51,043 nucleotides of DNA from an uncultured Candidatus Saccharibacteria bacterium (GTDB taxonomy: Bacteria; Patescibacteriota; Minisyncoccia; Minisyncoccales; MHMH01). Shown here in pieces: positions 50,105-51,043 of this stretch. Numbering within the stretch: the first letter of the stretch is position 1; each line of letters begins with the position of its first letter. The stretch spans positions 1-51,043 of the forward strand of contig CAYYJV010000001.1 of assembly GCA_964472225.1 (NCBI GenBank), read 5' to 3'. Under the pieces are notes generated by a model. The model did no database searches. It saw only the letters and a program-made list of their open reading frames with translations, and was not told the DNA's origin. The position numbers and the translations under genes were made by a program.

Positions 50105-50836
50105 TTAAATCAGGTGGGGCTTTTGCTTTTCAGCGATTAAATAAATATTATAATTTTTCGTTTCCTCTCTTTTGAAAATATTTATCTCTTTTACCCCAAA
50201 ACCGGCTTTATTGACCAGTTTCTTGAGGCTGTTTTTTGAAAAAAGGTGGAAATAGCGCTGAATTAATATTTTGCCATCTTGGCTTTTCCAGGGATAGAAT
50301 ATATCTCCAAAATCTAGTTTTGATTTACCAATTAATTTTAAAAAAGTATATTTCAAAAATAATTTCCAAGCGGTTTTTTTCTGCCATAAATTCCAAACTG
50401 TCAAAATTAAAAGGCCGCCGGGTTTTAAAACCCTCCTTGCCTCTTTTAAAGACTGGAGTCGAAACTCTTTTGAGGGGATATGATGCAAAACAGCAATGCT
50501 GAAAACTTTATCAAAGTAATTATCGGGGAAGGGAAGATTCAGGGCATCGGCAACCTGAAATTTTGCTTTCGGAAAACGTTTTTTGGCAATCTCAATGAGT
50601 TTTTCAGAAATATCTACACCAATGTAATCTATATTTTTATCTTTCATAACTTGATAAAAACGGCCATTGCCACACCCTAAATCCAAAACTCTCTCTCCTG
50701 GAATTAAAAAATTATCAAATAAAAATCTCATCTCTTCCCAGATATGTTCCCTAGCTCTTGAAAAATCTTCGGCAATCAGGTTATAATCTTGGGTAGTCTT
50801 TTCTAATAGATATTGTGCGTAATCTTTATCCATCAT
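50105..50836 (-). CDS. Class I SAM-dependent methyltransferase of the Trm9/ALKBH8 type
   Basis: 243 aa. YNLIAEDFSRAREHIW, VLDLGCGNGRF, FSIAVLHHIPSKEFRLQSLKEARRVLKPGGLLILTVWNLWQ parallel the yeast Trm9 blocks as I remember them (YDEIAPHFSQTR, DVGCGNGKY, ISIAVVHH...GG..LIY.WA.EQ). Confidence 0.7.
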   Translation of the reverse strand: MMDKDYAQYLLEKTTQDYNLIAEDFSRAREHIWEEMRFLFDNFLIPGERVLDLGCGNGRFYQVMKDKNIDYIGVDISEKLIEIAKKRFPKAKFQVADALNLPFPDNYFDKVFSIAVLHHIPSKEFRLQSLKEARRVLKPGGLLILTVWNLWQKKTAWKLFLKYTFLKLIGKSKLDFGDIFYPWKSQDGKILIQRYFHLFSKNSLKKLVNKAGFGVKEINIFKREETKNYNIYLIAEKQKPHLI

Positions 50837-50886
50837 TCGTAAAAATGTTAATTAAATCTGGGGCTAAAACTGCAGAAAATTTAGCT

Positions 50887-51043
50887 ATGGTAAAAAGAAA
50901 GATAGCCAAGAGATATAAAATCCCCTGCCCCAGTAATGTTGATCTATTAAAAACTTATCACGAATTGGCTCAAAAAGGAAGAATTAAAAAATCTCCCAAA
51001 ATCGAAAAATTGCTTCGTACCAGGCCCGTCCGCTCGCTTTCCG
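50887..51043 (+). CDS. Elp3-like radical SAM/acetyltransferase (tRNA uridine-34 carboxymethyl synthase family), N-terminal fragment truncated by the window end
   Basis: Only 52 codons are visible: MVKRKIAKRYKIPCPSNVDLLKTYHELAQKGRIKKSPKIEKLLRTRPVRSLS. The LLR.(K/R)PVR(T/S)(L/I)SG block that precedes the radical SAM cluster is characteristic of Elp3 N-termini. Confidence 0.5.
   Translation, partial: MVKRKIAKRYKIPCPSNVDLLKTYHELAQKGRIKKSPKIEKLLRTRPVRSLS

Overview
This is an AT-rich, very gene-dense bacterial chromosome segment. It uses the standard genetic code, with TGA seen as a stop. I count about 53 CDS, one tRNA-Arg(CCG), one tmRNA and two decayed genes. All but eight CDS lie on the minus strand.

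The content is mostly housekeeping:
- five aminoacyl-tRNA synthetases (leuS, metG, glyQS, ileS, argS)
- the t6A genes tsaD-tsaC
- smpB-ssrA-infC-rpmI-rplT
- the one-carbon genes glyA-folD
- a UDP-GlcNAc-related cluster (glmS, yvcK-like, GlmU-like, eukaryote-type GNA1-like GNAT), interrupted by a 2-oxoacid:ferredoxin oxidoreductase
- DNA repair genes with an archaeal flavour (EndoQ-like, PolX-PHP, MGMT domain, recO)
- RNA end and modification genes (rtcA, a Trm9-like methyltransferase, a partial Elp3-like gene)
- a membrane and ion cluster (CaCA antiporter, MgtC, amino-acid permease, decayed mgtE)

The repertoire and the small protein sizes suggest an uncultivated small-genome lineage (Patescibacteria/CPR-like). 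That is inference only. I saw no CRISPR array, transposase, integrase or recognisable defence operon.

The most unusual observations are:
1. A complete histidine-phosphatase domain sits inside the catalytic core of IleRS.
2. A GC-rich DNA module is shared between an intergenic repeat and in-frame insertions in leuS and metG, and it is read in different frames in the two genes.
3. A family of four inverted-repeat-bounded GC-rich intergenic elements is present. One of them supplies the C-terminus of RecO.
4. Imperfect heptanucleotide AT-rich arrays are embedded in frame in many essential genes.
5. A Trm9-like gene and an Elp3-like gene are divergently paired, which suggests a eukaryote/archaea-style mcm5U pathway.
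6. A GNA1-type acetyltransferase lies in the UDP-GlcNAc cluster.
7. A wHTH/Cas2-fold gene is bracketed by twin palindromes.

All functional calls come from reading the translated ORFs against remembered family motifs. No database search was run.
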